Assembly (NCBI GenBank): GCA_051439605.1
Contig: JBFRWN010000027.1
Span: 1-64,000, forward strand
Source: Synechococcus sp.
Lineage (GTDB): Bacteria; Cyanobacteriota; Cyanobacteriia; Thermostichales; PCC-7336
Reading direction: 5' to 3'
Length of the DNA stretch: 64,000 nt
The notes beneath the pieces were generated by a model, which was given only the letters and a program-made list of their open reading frames with translations, had not been told where the DNA came from and did not search any database. Both the position numbers and the translations under genes were made by a program. This document shows, one piece after another, positions 39,733-48,920 of the stretch (position 1 is the stretch's first letter; the number at the start of each line of letters is the position of its first letter).

Positions 39733-41124
39733 CTATAGCTGCAAAATTGCTCTCGCGATCGCAAAATAAATCAATACCCCCACCACATCCGTCACGGTGG
39801 TGATGAATGGGGCTGACATGAGGGCTGGGTCTAGCCCCAAAGCACGGAACATAAATGGCAAGCCTGCCCCTGCCACAGAAGCCAATGTGGAAATGCTAAC
39901 CAAGCTCATGCCCACCGATATGGCTACCCGTAGATCTTGCTGTAAAGCATAGGCCCACCCCATCGCCACTAACCCCAGCATTAACCCCAACAAAGCGCCT
40001 GCAGCAAATTCACGAGCAATAACCGTCCCAGCCCCTCTACTTTCGATTTCTTCAGTGTTAAGTCCGCGAATCACAACGGTGGAGGATTGTGCCCCCACAT
40101 TACCGCCTGTGCCTGTTAGCAGGGGAATGAACGACGCTAACACGATGACTTGCTGGAGCAATTCCTTCTGTCCGTTGATGATGCTGCCGGTGACGGTGTT
40201 GGTGAACAGCAACACAAATAACCAAACGACCCGTCGGCGAGCCACCGTCAATAAGTTGGTCTGGAAGTAGTCCTCTCGGCCAGCTTGAACCCCCCCTAGG
40301 CTGTAGATATCTTCCGTGGTCTCTTCTTCCAGAATGTCAATAATATCGTCGACGGTAATGATGCCCACCAATCGGTGTTCTGCATCGACAACAGGGGCAG
40401 CAATAAAGTCATAGCGCTGGATAATGCGGGCCACTTCCTCTTGGTCGGTGTCGGTGGTCACCGACACAACATCCCGAGTCATAATTTCCCCAATGGTTTG
40501 GTTGGGATAGGCTGTCACCAAGTCCCGCAACGACAAGATGCCAGTCAGGCGGCGAGCGGCGTCGGTGACGTACAGGTAATAGACCGTTTCGGTTTCATCG
40601 GCTAGGCTGCGGATGCGATCGATGGCCTGGGTTACCGTAAAAGTCTCTTTCAGAGAGATGTACTCGGGCGTCATGATGCGCCCGGCAGTATTGGGTTCGT
40701 AGCCTAAAAGTAAGGCTGTTGCTTGCCGCTCTGCTGGGCTCAGTTGGCCCACAATTTTGGCAATTACCTTGGCGGGCAGCTCGTCAAACAGGCGGGCGCG
40801 ATCGTCGGGGGACATCTTATCGACAATGTCCAGCACCTCTTGTCGCTTGAACTCTTCGATCAGCGTTTGCTGCACACTGGAATCCAGCTGCTCGTAAACC
40901 TCGATAGATTCGTCTTTAGAGAGCAATCGAAAAGCGATCGCCTGTTTTGCCTCTGGCAATCCTTCGATCGCTTCGGCAATGTCAGCCGGACGCACAGGAA
41001 CCAGTAACGACTTTGCCCCCTGCAAATTTCCCTCTTCCAGCAACCTTTCAAGCTGCATGCGCACTAAATGCCGCAGCTCCGCGCGCTCTTCCACCGTGGG
41101 AGTTAAGGGACGAATGTCGGACAA
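39733..41124 (-). CDS. mgtE: Magnesium transporter MgtE
   Basis: MgtE N-domain, two CBS domains, TGGNVGAQS, LDPALMSAPFITTVTD. Confidence 0.96.
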   Translation of the reverse strand: MSDIRPLTPTVEERAELRHLVRMQLERLLEEGNLQGAKSLLVPVRPADIAEAIEGLPEAKQAIAFRLLSKDESIEVYEQLDSSVQQTLIEEFKRQEVLDIVDKMSPDDRARLFDELPAKVIAKIVGQLSPAERQATALLLGYEPNTAGRIMTPEYISLKETFTVTQAIDRIRSLADETETVYYLYVTDAARRLTGILSLRDLVTAYPNQTIGEIMTRDVVSVTTDTDQEEVARIIQRYDFIAAPVVDAEHRLVGIITVDDIIDILEEETTEDIYSLGGVQAGREDYFQTNLLTVARRRVVWLFVLLFTNTVTGSIINGQKELLQQVIVLASFIPLLTGTGGNVGAQSSTVVIRGLNTEEIESRGAGTVIAREFAAGALLGLMLGLVAMGWAYALQQDLRVAISVGMSLVSISTLASVAGAGLPFMFRALGLDPALMSAPFITTVTDVVGVLIYFAIARAILQL

Positions 41125-41241
41125 CGGTATGCCTCAACTTGCGCGTTCCAAATTGACCTGAACTTAGTCTAGTGCCATAAGTGGCATTGTTAGTGTTCCC
41201 CTGGATGCGCTTCGAATTCGGTGTGAGCGATTGCGAAGGCT

Positions 41242-42717
41242 TTACGGTGACGTAGCAACAAGTTTTTGGAGGACAAAGTGGATATCCACCATCGCTTGAG
41301 TATCTAAACGGCAGTAATCCCGAAGTGCATTCGCCATCTGCTGTTTGTCGGCTGGGTTTGTAGATGCAATCATCTTGAGCCAGTGAGCCTGCGCGTCGTC
41401 CCCCTTCTGCACTTGCAGACTGTCGTATTGAATCCGATCTGGGCAAAGGACAGGAAAGACTCTCTTGATAGAATTCGACCCTTGAAAACCGGGATGGTGG
41501 TAGTGTTGCCGAAAGATGTCCAGCTGGTCCCATAAGCGCACGATCGCCGACTCTAAAGGGGTGGCCAAAGTAGGAAATGTGAGGGCTAGTCCTTTCAACA
41601 CCCTCTTTTCAAACGAAGCAGAATAAGCCACAACTGAGCCGACCGGCTGGAGGTGCGTGACTAGCGAGAGCGCTAGAGGTTCTCTGGGGTCACTGGTGTC
41701 ATCGTGCAAAAATTCATAATGGTCGACGGAGCCGTCGGCTTGTAAAACGTGACAACTGTATTGAAAGGGATAGGCTTCGTAGGGGGTGAGGCCATCAAGT
41801 AAGGGAATGGCAGGGTTGATGGTTTCAAAATCCAGAAAATGAATCGGGTAGGTTAGTTCGGATAATGCTGCCACTATGCCTGGCAGATCGATCTGAATTT
41901 GGTTGCTTCGGATCAGTTCGACATACTGTTTTTGAGTGTTGGAGAGGGGATAGTCCGTTGGAATATCAAGGATGTGCAGAATTCCCTGCGCACATAAATC
42001 TGATTTTTTGCTGGCATGTAGGCGAGGGATGGTAAAGATCGATCGATCGGGCACGTGCTTCCAACAGCACTCTTTAAAGGGGCATGGATTGGGCTTCGAG
42101 CAGCGATCGCCAATATCGATGTCCGGGCAGTTGGTTTGTGCTAAAGTCCTCGACACCAGTTGCAACTGATGTTCGAACTCCGACAGACGTCCTAAGACAA
42201 TCTCGGTTAATGGCTCGCGAATGAAAAAGTTAGATAGATCGGGGAATGTACAGTCTTTACCGTTGACTCTGAGCAAGTCAATATTTCGGATGGAGAACCC
42301 TAATTTTTGCAAGATATAGCTTTGAAAGGCGAGATCCTCGATATGCTCGGGCTTCACTTTTGTTGCTGATTTAACTTCGACCAGACCCCAACTACCATCG
42401 CGATGATTTTCTAGGACATCGCACTTGATATAGAGATCTTGATATGCAAAAGCGGCTTCAAAAATAAAGGATATACCCGCCTGCATCATCTGCCGCGTAT
42501 TAGCGATCGCGTGGTGGCGATCTCTGCTATCCACTAGCTGTCCGCCAGGAAAATATCCCCAAGCAAACCGTCCCACTTCGCTGCCCTGATCGATGATTCT
42601 CTGTTGAGAAGGTGACAGCGGCGGTTGGAGCTCCGGTTGATGCACCTCTAGCCATAGTCGTTTGGGACACTGCAGCCAACTGAGATAGCGGGATTTGGTT
42701 AATTCTGCCATCGCCAA
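41242..42717 (-). CDS. DUF2779-domain protein (RecB/Cas4-like PD-(D/E)xK nuclease fused to RNase H-like domain)
   Basis: LTKSRY...QCPKRLWL, CDVL...LVEVKS, DLAFQ.Y, C..P.PCPF..CC, FLDFET, PFQYSCH, SASFE, GSNSIK.V.P, YCRLDT. Confidence 0.85.
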   Translation of the reverse strand: MAMAELTKSRYLSWLQCPKRLWLEVHQPELQPPLSPSQQRIIDQGSEVGRFAWGYFPGGQLVDSRDRHHAIANTRQMMQAGISFIFEAAFAYQDLYIKCDVLENHRDGSWGLVEVKSATKVKPEHIEDLAFQSYILQKLGFSIRNIDLLRVNGKDCTFPDLSNFFIREPLTEIVLGRLSEFEHQLQLVSRTLAQTNCPDIDIGDRCSKPNPCPFKECCWKHVPDRSIFTIPRLHASKKSDLCAQGILHILDIPTDYPLSNTQKQYVELIRSNQIQIDLPGIVAALSELTYPIHFLDFETINPAIPLLDGLTPYEAYPFQYSCHVLQADGSVDHYEFLHDDTSDPREPLALSLVTHLQPVGSVVAYSASFEKRVLKGLALTFPTLATPLESAIVRLWDQLDIFRQHYHHPGFQGSNSIKRVFPVLCPDRIQYDSLQVQKGDDAQAHWLKMIASTNPADKQQMANALRDYCRLDTQAMVDIHFVLQKLVATSP

Positions 42718-42814
42718 TCTCAGCTATGGGACATTTTTCTAATGGCTAGAAGCGACTGGAAAACCCCTTTTTGCACAAGCTATGGAGGGAAGCCCCTAGA
42801 GGGTTGGACATGCG

Positions 42815-43501
42815 CTACCCCAGCCGAGAAACCGCGAAGGGCAAAGCTGCAACCTCCTGTTCCCCCAGCTTGCAACTCCAAACTTTGTCTTTAGAATTCC
42901 AACGAAACCCTGCTTCCTTAGCGAGATTGCGGTCGGTATAGCTCACATGTGCCCGGTAGAGGTATTTGGGCTGCATGGCGACAGCAAATAAAGTCTCTAG
43001 ATCGTCAACGCGATCGAACAGCATGGCGATCAGCTGACAATCGGTGAGGGCGCGATGGGCTGCGTTTACCCCAATTCCGTAATCTAGAGCCAGACTGACC
43101 AAAGACCCTCCTTGTTTGGCAGCCAGCGGCCACCGAAAGTCGCTCATGGTACAGAGCCAGGGGAGAGGTACGTCTCCTTTCATGAGTTCGGGAAGGGGGT
43201 GACCGTCGAACCACTGGCGATCGAAGCTGGCGTTATGGGCGATCGCGTAGTCCGCCTCATGGACTAGCCGTTTGAAGATATCCAAGGATTGCTGCAGCAA
43301 GGGGGGGGAAACTGCGCGGGAGGCAGCAGCAGAGATGCCGTTGAGCTTTTCCTGTGGGTTGACTTCGGTGGGTAGCAGGACCGAGAGCTGGTGCAGAGTG
43401 CTTTGGTGGGTGCAGGAATAGAGAATGGCCCCCAGTTCAATAACGCGATGCTGTTTCGGATCGAGTCCAGTGGTTTCTGTATCGATGATGAGTACGTTCA
43501 T
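42815..43501 (-). CDS. DEDDh 3'-5' exonuclease (DnaQ-like) with short C-terminal DUF5710-like domain
   Basis: IIDTETTG, AHNASFD, AHRALTD; tail VSYTDRNLAKEAGFRWN....W. Confidence 0.9.
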   Translation of the reverse strand: MNVLIIDTETTGLDPKQHRVIELGAILYSCTHQSTLHQLSVLLPTEVNPQEKLNGISAAASRAVSPPLLQQSLDIFKRLVHEADYAIAHNASFDRQWFDGHPLPELMKGDVPLPWLCTMSDFRWPLAAKQGGSLVSLALDYGIGVNAAHRALTDCQLIAMLFDRVDDLETLFAVAMQPKYLYRAHVSYTDRNLAKEAGFRWNSKDKVWSCKLGEQEVAALPFAVSRLG

Positions 43502-43597
43502 GGTGCCGAGCATCCGATGGCTTGCAATGTGTTGTACTCGATCCATCAGATTTTGGCTGCTGCAAGCAGGCTAGTTCCCTGTTTTGCAAGTCATCAC

Positions 43598-43628
43598 AAA
43601 ATAGCCACCCCAAGTTACTTGAGGTGGC
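43598..43628 (-). terminator. Intrinsic terminator-like hairpin upstream of the exonuclease gene, same strand
   Basis: Minus strand GCCACCTCAAG-TAA-CTTGGGGTGGC-TATTTT (11-bp stem, one G-U). Confidence 0.6.
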
Positions 43629-44001
43629 CACCGCATTAAGAACCAGCCTAAAAAACCGACTTGGCTGGCGAGATGTAATGAAAGTAGGACCTACCGAAAA
43701 AGACAATATCTGGAAAAAAGATGGCCTCAATCCGTCGTTATGAATCTTTAATCATGCTCCTAGTTCCCCCCTCCCTGCAACGCCACATGGTTATTGAGCT
43801 GGAGGCTGAGAACAGAATTCTGAAATTTCCCTGAACTTTGTATGAGTCAACCTTTAGATGGAATTCAGCCGAGCATTGTCATGAACTGAGGTTGCTCTTA
43901 GCTAAGGCCCATGTAATGGCAATATGCATTCCATCACGTGAATGACAACACCGACTTGAATGATGACACCAGATACCGATAGCGCGAACGGAGACAGGGT
44001 C

Positions 44002-44142
44002 ATGGCTGTAAGCAAAAATTTCTTGGCAACTGTCGTATTTGTCCTAACTGCAGGCGTACTTCTAGCCTCTACTCCCATGTCTACTCAATTGACTGACTCG
44101 GCGTTGACCGACACCCCCCAGCATGTACCAGATCACTATTAG
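44002..44142 (+). CDS. Possible 46-aa secreted or membrane peptide
   Basis: GGAG upstream; MAVSKNFLATVVFVLTAGVLLAS signal-like N-terminus. Confidence 0.4.
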   Translation: MAVSKNFLATVVFVLTAGVLLASTPMSTQLTDSALTDTPQHVPDHY

Positions 44143-44290
44143 GTTATTGGAGCGAATAGTTTGCACTAATCCATCGCTCACAGTTATCGAAGTGGATTTG
44201 TACCTGAGGCCAGCGTATTTAGCCTCTGTATACGATTGAAAATTATCAAATTGCCGTTGAGGGCTGAGCTGCAGCGGCATAATAGAAACA

Positions 44291-45460
44291 TTGCTTCACT
44301 TACTCTCCATGAACCATTTACCTAGGCGATCGCTCTCCTGGGCACTTTGCCAAACAGCAGGGCTATGTCTCGCTCTAATTCTTTTCCAAATTCCCTCGAT
44401 AGACACTGCTCGGGCAGACAGCCCCCCCATAGCAGTTTTAGATAATACGAACAGTCAGCTGCTGGCTCAGGCTATACCCATCTCTGACCCCAATTTTGTG
44501 GCAGACGCGGTAGAGCGGGTGGGCCCTGCCGTGGTCCGCATTAATTCCTCGCGTACCGTTGGTCCCTCGAGCCCTTTAAGTAGTAGAGGCTTCGAGCAGC
44601 GGGGGGAGGGCTCGGGCTTCATTGTGACGGAAGACGGGTTGGTTTTCACCAATTCCCACGTCGTTGAAGGGGCAGATCGAGTTGAGGTAGTGCTCAAAGA
44701 TGGGCGAATCTTTGAAGGTGAGGTGTTGGGGGCCGATCCTCTCACAGATGTGGCTGTGGTCAAGATTGATGCTGATGGGTTACCCTTAGCCGCAATTGGG
44801 GATTCGCGCCTGTTGACCCCTGGCGAATGGGCGATCGCCATCGGGAATCCCTTGGGTCTAGATAATACGGTCACTGTTGGCATCGTCAGTGCCGTTGGCC
44901 GCTCTGCGGCAGATGTTGGTATTCCCATGCAACGGGCGCAGTTTATCCAAACTGATGCAGCCATTAACCCCGGGAACTCTGGCGGGCCTCTTTTGAACGA
45001 GCAAGGTCAGGTGATCGCAATCAACACTGCTATTATTCGCGGTGCCAATGGCATTGGTTTTGCTGTCCCCATTCGGACAGCCCAAAGAATTGCTAACCAA
45101 CTGGTTGCAACCGGCCATGTGAGTCGCGCCTATCTAGGTATTCAGATGAGTACGCTGGATGCTGATTTACGGGACCGCATCAATGCCGATCCGCGGGCTA
45201 CGTTTCAGGTGGATGCCGAACGGGGAGTCATCGTGCAGTCTGTGGCCCCAGATGGTCCTGCTGCCCAAGGTGGATTGAGGGCAGGAGATGTCATCCTGAA
45301 AATCGATGGCAAAAAAATTCTGAACTCTAACCAATTGCAGCAGTATGTAGAGTTTGCCTCTGTTGGCGATTCTCTGGATATCACGGTGCTCCGCAACGGC
45401 AGCGAACGCACCTTCTCCGTTATAACCACAGAATTTCCCCTGGAATTGGTGTCTCGTTGA
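44291..45460 (+). CDS. HtrA/DegP (HhoA/HhoB-type) serine protease with PDZ domain
   Basis: GSGFIV, TNSHVV, DVAVVKI, IQTDAAINPGNSGGPL, PDZ YLGI...GLRAGDVI. Confidence 0.95.
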   Translation: MLHLLSMNHLPRRSLSWALCQTAGLCLALILFQIPSIDTARADSPPIAVLDNTNSQLLAQAIPISDPNFVADAVERVGPAVVRINSSRTVGPSSPLSSRGFEQRGEGSGFIVTEDGLVFTNSHVVEGADRVEVVLKDGRIFEGEVLGADPLTDVAVVKIDADGLPLAAIGDSRLLTPGEWAIAIGNPLGLDNTVTVGIVSAVGRSAADVGIPMQRAQFIQTDAAINPGNSGGPLLNEQGQVIAINTAIIRGANGIGFAVPIRTAQRIANQLVATGHVSRAYLGIQMSTLDADLRDRINADPRATFQVDAERGVIVQSVAPDGPAAQGGLRAGDVILKIDGKKILNSNQLQQYVEFASVGDSLDITVLRNGSERTFSVITTEFPLELVSR

Positions 45461-45517
45461 ACCAACTATGGCAACTGTTAGAAACAAGTTATGCTGAAAG
45501 CAGATTTTTGAAGAAAC

Positions 45518-45679
45518 ATGAAGTCTTTTGTCACTCAGTATGTCTTTCCTTTCCTGATTTTTCTGGTATTTCTGTTTGCATTGGTAGCGGTGAGTGCTCG
45601 TGCATTCCTACCGGATGATATGGCTTCCCCTGCTCCTATTGATGAGTTGGCTGCCATCTCCCGGACCATTTCCGGGTAG
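45518..45679 (+). CDS. 53-aa cyanobacterial membrane protein (missed by ORF track)
   Basis: MKSFVTQYVFPFLIFLVFLFALVAVSARAFLPDDMASPAPIDELAAISRTISG*; stop is 2 bp before the GNAT start. Confidence 0.75.
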   Translation: MKSFVTQYVFPFLIFLVFLFALVAVSARAFLPDDMASPAPIDELAAISRTISG

Positions 45680-45681
45680 CA

Positions 45682-46200
45682 ATGTCTTCTCTTCCTTCTG
45701 TCGAGCTGCCATCTGGTTTTCAGTGGCGGTTGGGGACCAGAGGAGATCGCGCAGCTTTGTTGCATCACCTTCAATTGGCTTTCGCGGAAGCCTTTCCCCA
45801 ACAAACTTCCTGGAAACATTTGTCCCAAACGGTTGATCGATACTTCGAGCCACTGTCTGTCCCAGTTTGGTGGATCGATTCGCTCCAACCTTTGCAAAAA
45901 GCCTCTCCGCGCTCGGCCTCACCCGCTGGGTTTGTGTGGGCCTGTCGCGGTACGGGGCAGATGACGGGTCAGTCAGTGGCTTACATCTTAGCTCTGTGGG
46001 TGGCTCCAAGCTGCCGCCGGCAAGGACTTGGGTCGGCTGCAATCCAGGCTGTGGAAGAGTGGGGAAAGAATCACGCCTGTGAGGCGATTGAACTGCAAGT
46101 GTTTATTCAAAATTCGGCCGCGCAATCGTTTTACCGTCACAACGGTTTTGCGGTAGGGGGTATGTGGATGCAACGTCAGTTGACTGCCCGCCAGGGTTAG
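45682..46200 (+). CDS. GNAT family N-acetyltransferase
   Basis: LWVAPSCRRQGLG acetyl-CoA motif, LQVF..N..A..FY...GF. Confidence 0.9.
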   Translation: MSSLPSVELPSGFQWRLGTRGDRAALLHHLQLAFAEAFPQQTSWKHLSQTVDRYFEPLSVPVWWIDSLQPLQKASPRSASPAGFVWACRGTGQMTGQSVAYILALWVAPSCRRQGLGSAAIQAVEEWGKNHACEAIELQVFIQNSAAQSFYRHNGFAVGGMWMQRQLTARQG

Positions 46201-46216
46201 TCGCCGATCTGGGTCA

Positions 46217-46309
46217 TATCGCGATCGTTAAGTTGCTTAGGGTTGTCATCTGCCGAAACCCTCACTGGGTATCGAGATGCCAGTACCAATTGAAATGCCC
46301 CCAGCTATA
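46217..46309. mobile_element. MITE-like repeat, copy 3 (divergent interior)
   Basis: TATCGCGATCGTTAAGTTGCTTAGG ... TGAAATGCCCCCAGCTATA; same ends and length (93 bp) as the other copies. Confidence 0.6.
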
Positions 46310-46398
46310 GGTTCGTGGTGTGAGGCTGGAAGCAATGGGTTGCTTCCAATGTTGATTTTCAAAAATGGTTCACTCTTCTATACATATGAGATGGTGCT

Positions 46399-47160
46399 GT
46401 GTTGAATCCGAAAGTGATTTTCTTCGATGCGGTTGGAACGCTGTTCAGGGTGCGGGGCAGCGTGGGTTACGTCTACAGTCAAATTGCTGCTGACTTCGGT
46501 GTTGAGGCCAAGCCAGAAGTTGTCGATCGCCACTTTTATGCTGCATTTAAGGCTGCGCCTCCTGCGGCTTTTCCTGGCGCAGGCGCGCAGTTACCCCAAC
46601 TGGAGCGCGACTGGTGGCAAGCCCTTGTGAAACAAACGTTTGCAAATGTTGGGGTGCTGGACAAATTTCGGGATTTTCCCCGCTACTTTCGAGAGGTGTT
46701 CGATATTTTTGAAACGGATGAAGTCTGGGAGCTTTATCCGGATACGTTACCTGTCTTAGAGTCCTTGGCTCGTCGACAGCAAACGGTATCGATGATTTCA
46801 AACTTTGACTCTCGTCTGTATAAGGTCCTGTCTGCGGTGGGTTTGGATGGTATCTTTCACACCGTGACAATCTCAACCGCTGTGGGTGCTGCTAAACCTA
46901 GCTCTGATGTCTTTAAAGCTGCCCTGCGAGTAGAAAATATTTCACCTGCCGAAGCATTGCATGTGGGTGACCATCAACGGCAGGATTACCAAGGTGCTAA
47001 GCAAGCGGGCTTGCAAGCCCTGTGGCTGCATCGAACTCAACCTATGATGCTGCTCGACGAAGAGCAGGCCCCCAAATCGGATACCATTGCTGACTTGTCG
47101 GGGATTTTGGAGCGTTTGGGAACGACCTCTGCGGCCAAACCAGTGGCTTCGATTGGCTAA
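46399..47160 (+). CDS. HAD-IA family hydrolase (REG-2-like)
   Basis: FFDAVGTL, ISNFDSRL, AKP, HVGD...DY.GA. Confidence 0.92.
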   Translation: MLNPKVIFFDAVGTLFRVRGSVGYVYSQIAADFGVEAKPEVVDRHFYAAFKAAPPAAFPGAGAQLPQLERDWWQALVKQTFANVGVLDKFRDFPRYFREVFDIFETDEVWELYPDTLPVLESLARRQQTVSMISNFDSRLYKVLSAVGLDGIFHTVTISTAVGAAKPSSDVFKAALRVENISPAEALHVGDHQRQDYQGAKQAGLQALWLHRTQPMMLLDEEQAPKSDTIADLSGILERLGTTSAAKPVASIG

Positions 47161-47180
47161 GAACTTCCTTTCAGCATTGC

Positions 47181-47275
47181 AATAGCGACCGTCGAGTTGC
47201 TTAGGACATTTTAGCTATCCCCATTCATGACGGGGCATAGGGACTTACGTCCTCACTAAAATGTCAAAGACTATA
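47181..47275. mobile_element. MITE-like repeat, copy 4
   Basis: AATAGCGACCGTCGAGTTGCTTAGGACATTTTAGCTATCCCCATTC...GCATAG...AAATGTCAAAGACTATA, collinear with the reverse complement of 13557-13650. Confidence 0.7.
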
Positions 47276-47440
47276 TGACTGTCGTGATTGGGTTGCTGTG
47301 AATGGTGCTCGGGACATCTCATCCGCATGCAAAATCTAAATGGTCTGAGGGCAAAAGCCCTTGGACCGCGAGCAACAGACACTCTATGGGTTATTCCTTA
47401 GGTGCCGTACCCGACGAATCACCTCGTCGATGAGCGGCTC

Positions 47441-48865
47441 TCAGCTTGCGTTTTCCGAACGAGCTAGCTGAGTTGCCACGAGTTGGGCGATTTTGTCTGC
47501 AGCGCCGGGCTCCTCCCGCCATTCCTGTAACCGCTCCTGAATTTGGTTGTACCGATGGCGATCGAGCAGAATATCCCGCACCTCATTCGCCACAGATTCT
47601 GGGGTGAGATACCCGCGTAATTCCGGCACAATTTGCTCCTGCGCCCAAATATTTGGCCAAGCGAAATACTGAATCAGTCGGAGTGCGCACCAGTTGACAA
47701 TCCGAGCCACCAGCTGTCCGACCCCTGGAATACGGACCAACAGGCCGAGAAGTCCTCCCCAAGCCCGCATTGCGTCCAACTTATTGGTGGGCAGGAGGAC
47801 CACCATGGGAACCCCCAACCTACCTAACTCGGCAGTGTTTGCTCCCACCGTGGTCAAGCAAATATCGCAGTTTGCCAGTAACTCGTAGGCCGGAAACTCT
47901 CGCCAGAGGGTGACAGTTGTGCCGTAGGGAGTGGTTAATTGCATCGTATTTCCCCCCTGCTCTAGCACAGCTGACGTACCGTAAACGCTGGCCATATCCC
48001 AATTTTTGCTGACAGTGGCGTAACTGCTGAGGTGTTCGAGGTCTAAGGTAGGGGCAACTGGGATGGCAAATCGAACAGAGGGGAGCGACTCGCGCAAACG
48101 GTCGGCCACCGCCAACATGAGTGGTAGACCCAGAGATAGTTTTGCTGCTTTGGAACCAGGCAGCAGTCCAATTTGAAAGCTCGTTCGATCGTGACTATCA
48201 ATCGGTTGCCATTTCCATGGCAGTGAGGGGGGGAGTTCAGATAACTGGCTAGCCACTGCCTTCGGTTTGATGGGCTCTAGGTCGGTTTGAACTTCAGAGG
48301 CTGGAATCGTATTGGCTGGATCGGGATTGGCTGGCAGTTGAACCGATCGCGGTCGGAGCGCACAGCCGATCGCATCGGCCATTAAATCTCCGACGACGTA
48401 CATTTTTGAATGCCAGCGCGGTGAGGCTTTGGTGACAATTTTCTCTGTTCGTAAGGCAAACGTATCCACCCACCGTTGCCACCGAGCTTCCCATTCTGCG
48501 TAAACAACCACTCGATATCCGAGCTTATGACCCAAACGCACCGCAAAAAACTGATCGCCTCCCAGAAATAAGACCACTCCGAACGGTGCCCAATCCCAGC
48601 GTTCTTGAGTTTTGCCGGAAAGCAGAAAAGGCCAGAAATGCTCTGCCCTCTGGATTCGATCGAGGCCGATATATTGACTGGCAAGTTCAGCTTCTTTCCC
48701 CGAAGCGTGGGAACAGGGGGAGAGAACCAAAGACAGCCTTGCGTGGGGCATATGGTGCCGCAACTGTTTCACCACGGGGCGAACCCAAGTGGTGACCTCT
48801 CCTGGACCGTTGGACAAAATCAGAATGTCGGCTAGGGACATATCCGAAACGCTATTTTCCTTCAT
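47441..48865 (-). CDS. Lipid-A-disaccharide synthase (LpxB)-related GT-B glycosyltransferase
   Basis: ILSNGPGEV.TWVRP, FLGGDQ, GLLPGSK, TTVGANTAE, AWPN......IVPE. Confidence 0.8.
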   Translation of the reverse strand: MKENSVSDMSLADILILSNGPGEVTTWVRPVVKQLRHHMPHARLSLVLSPCSHASGKEAELASQYIGLDRIQRAEHFWPFLLSGKTQERWDWAPFGVVLFLGGDQFFAVRLGHKLGYRVVVYAEWEARWQRWVDTFALRTEKIVTKASPRWHSKMYVVGDLMADAIGCALRPRSVQLPANPDPANTIPASEVQTDLEPIKPKAVASQLSELPPSLPWKWQPIDSHDRTSFQIGLLPGSKAAKLSLGLPLMLAVADRLRESLPSVRFAIPVAPTLDLEHLSSYATVSKNWDMASVYGTSAVLEQGGNTMQLTTPYGTTVTLWREFPAYELLANCDICLTTVGANTAELGRLGVPMVVLLPTNKLDAMRAWGGLLGLLVRIPGVGQLVARIVNWCALRLIQYFAWPNIWAQEQIVPELRGYLTPESVANEVRDILLDRHRYNQIQERLQEWREEPGAADKIAQLVATQLARSENAS

Positions 48866-48920
48866 TCCGTATTTGCGTATCGGATCGTTAGGGGGCCGGC
48901 TGGATATGGATGCTTGTCGC

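Noticed and set aside
41125..41241. Mg-sensing (ykoK/M-box) riboswitch ahead of mgtE
   Set aside because: The spacer is only about 115 bp with a single 5-bp hairpin and no terminator or recognisable consensus
41242..42717. Calling the DUF2779 protein Cas4
   Set aside because: It shares only the nuclease/Cys architecture; it is much longer, and no cas1/cas2 or array is nearby
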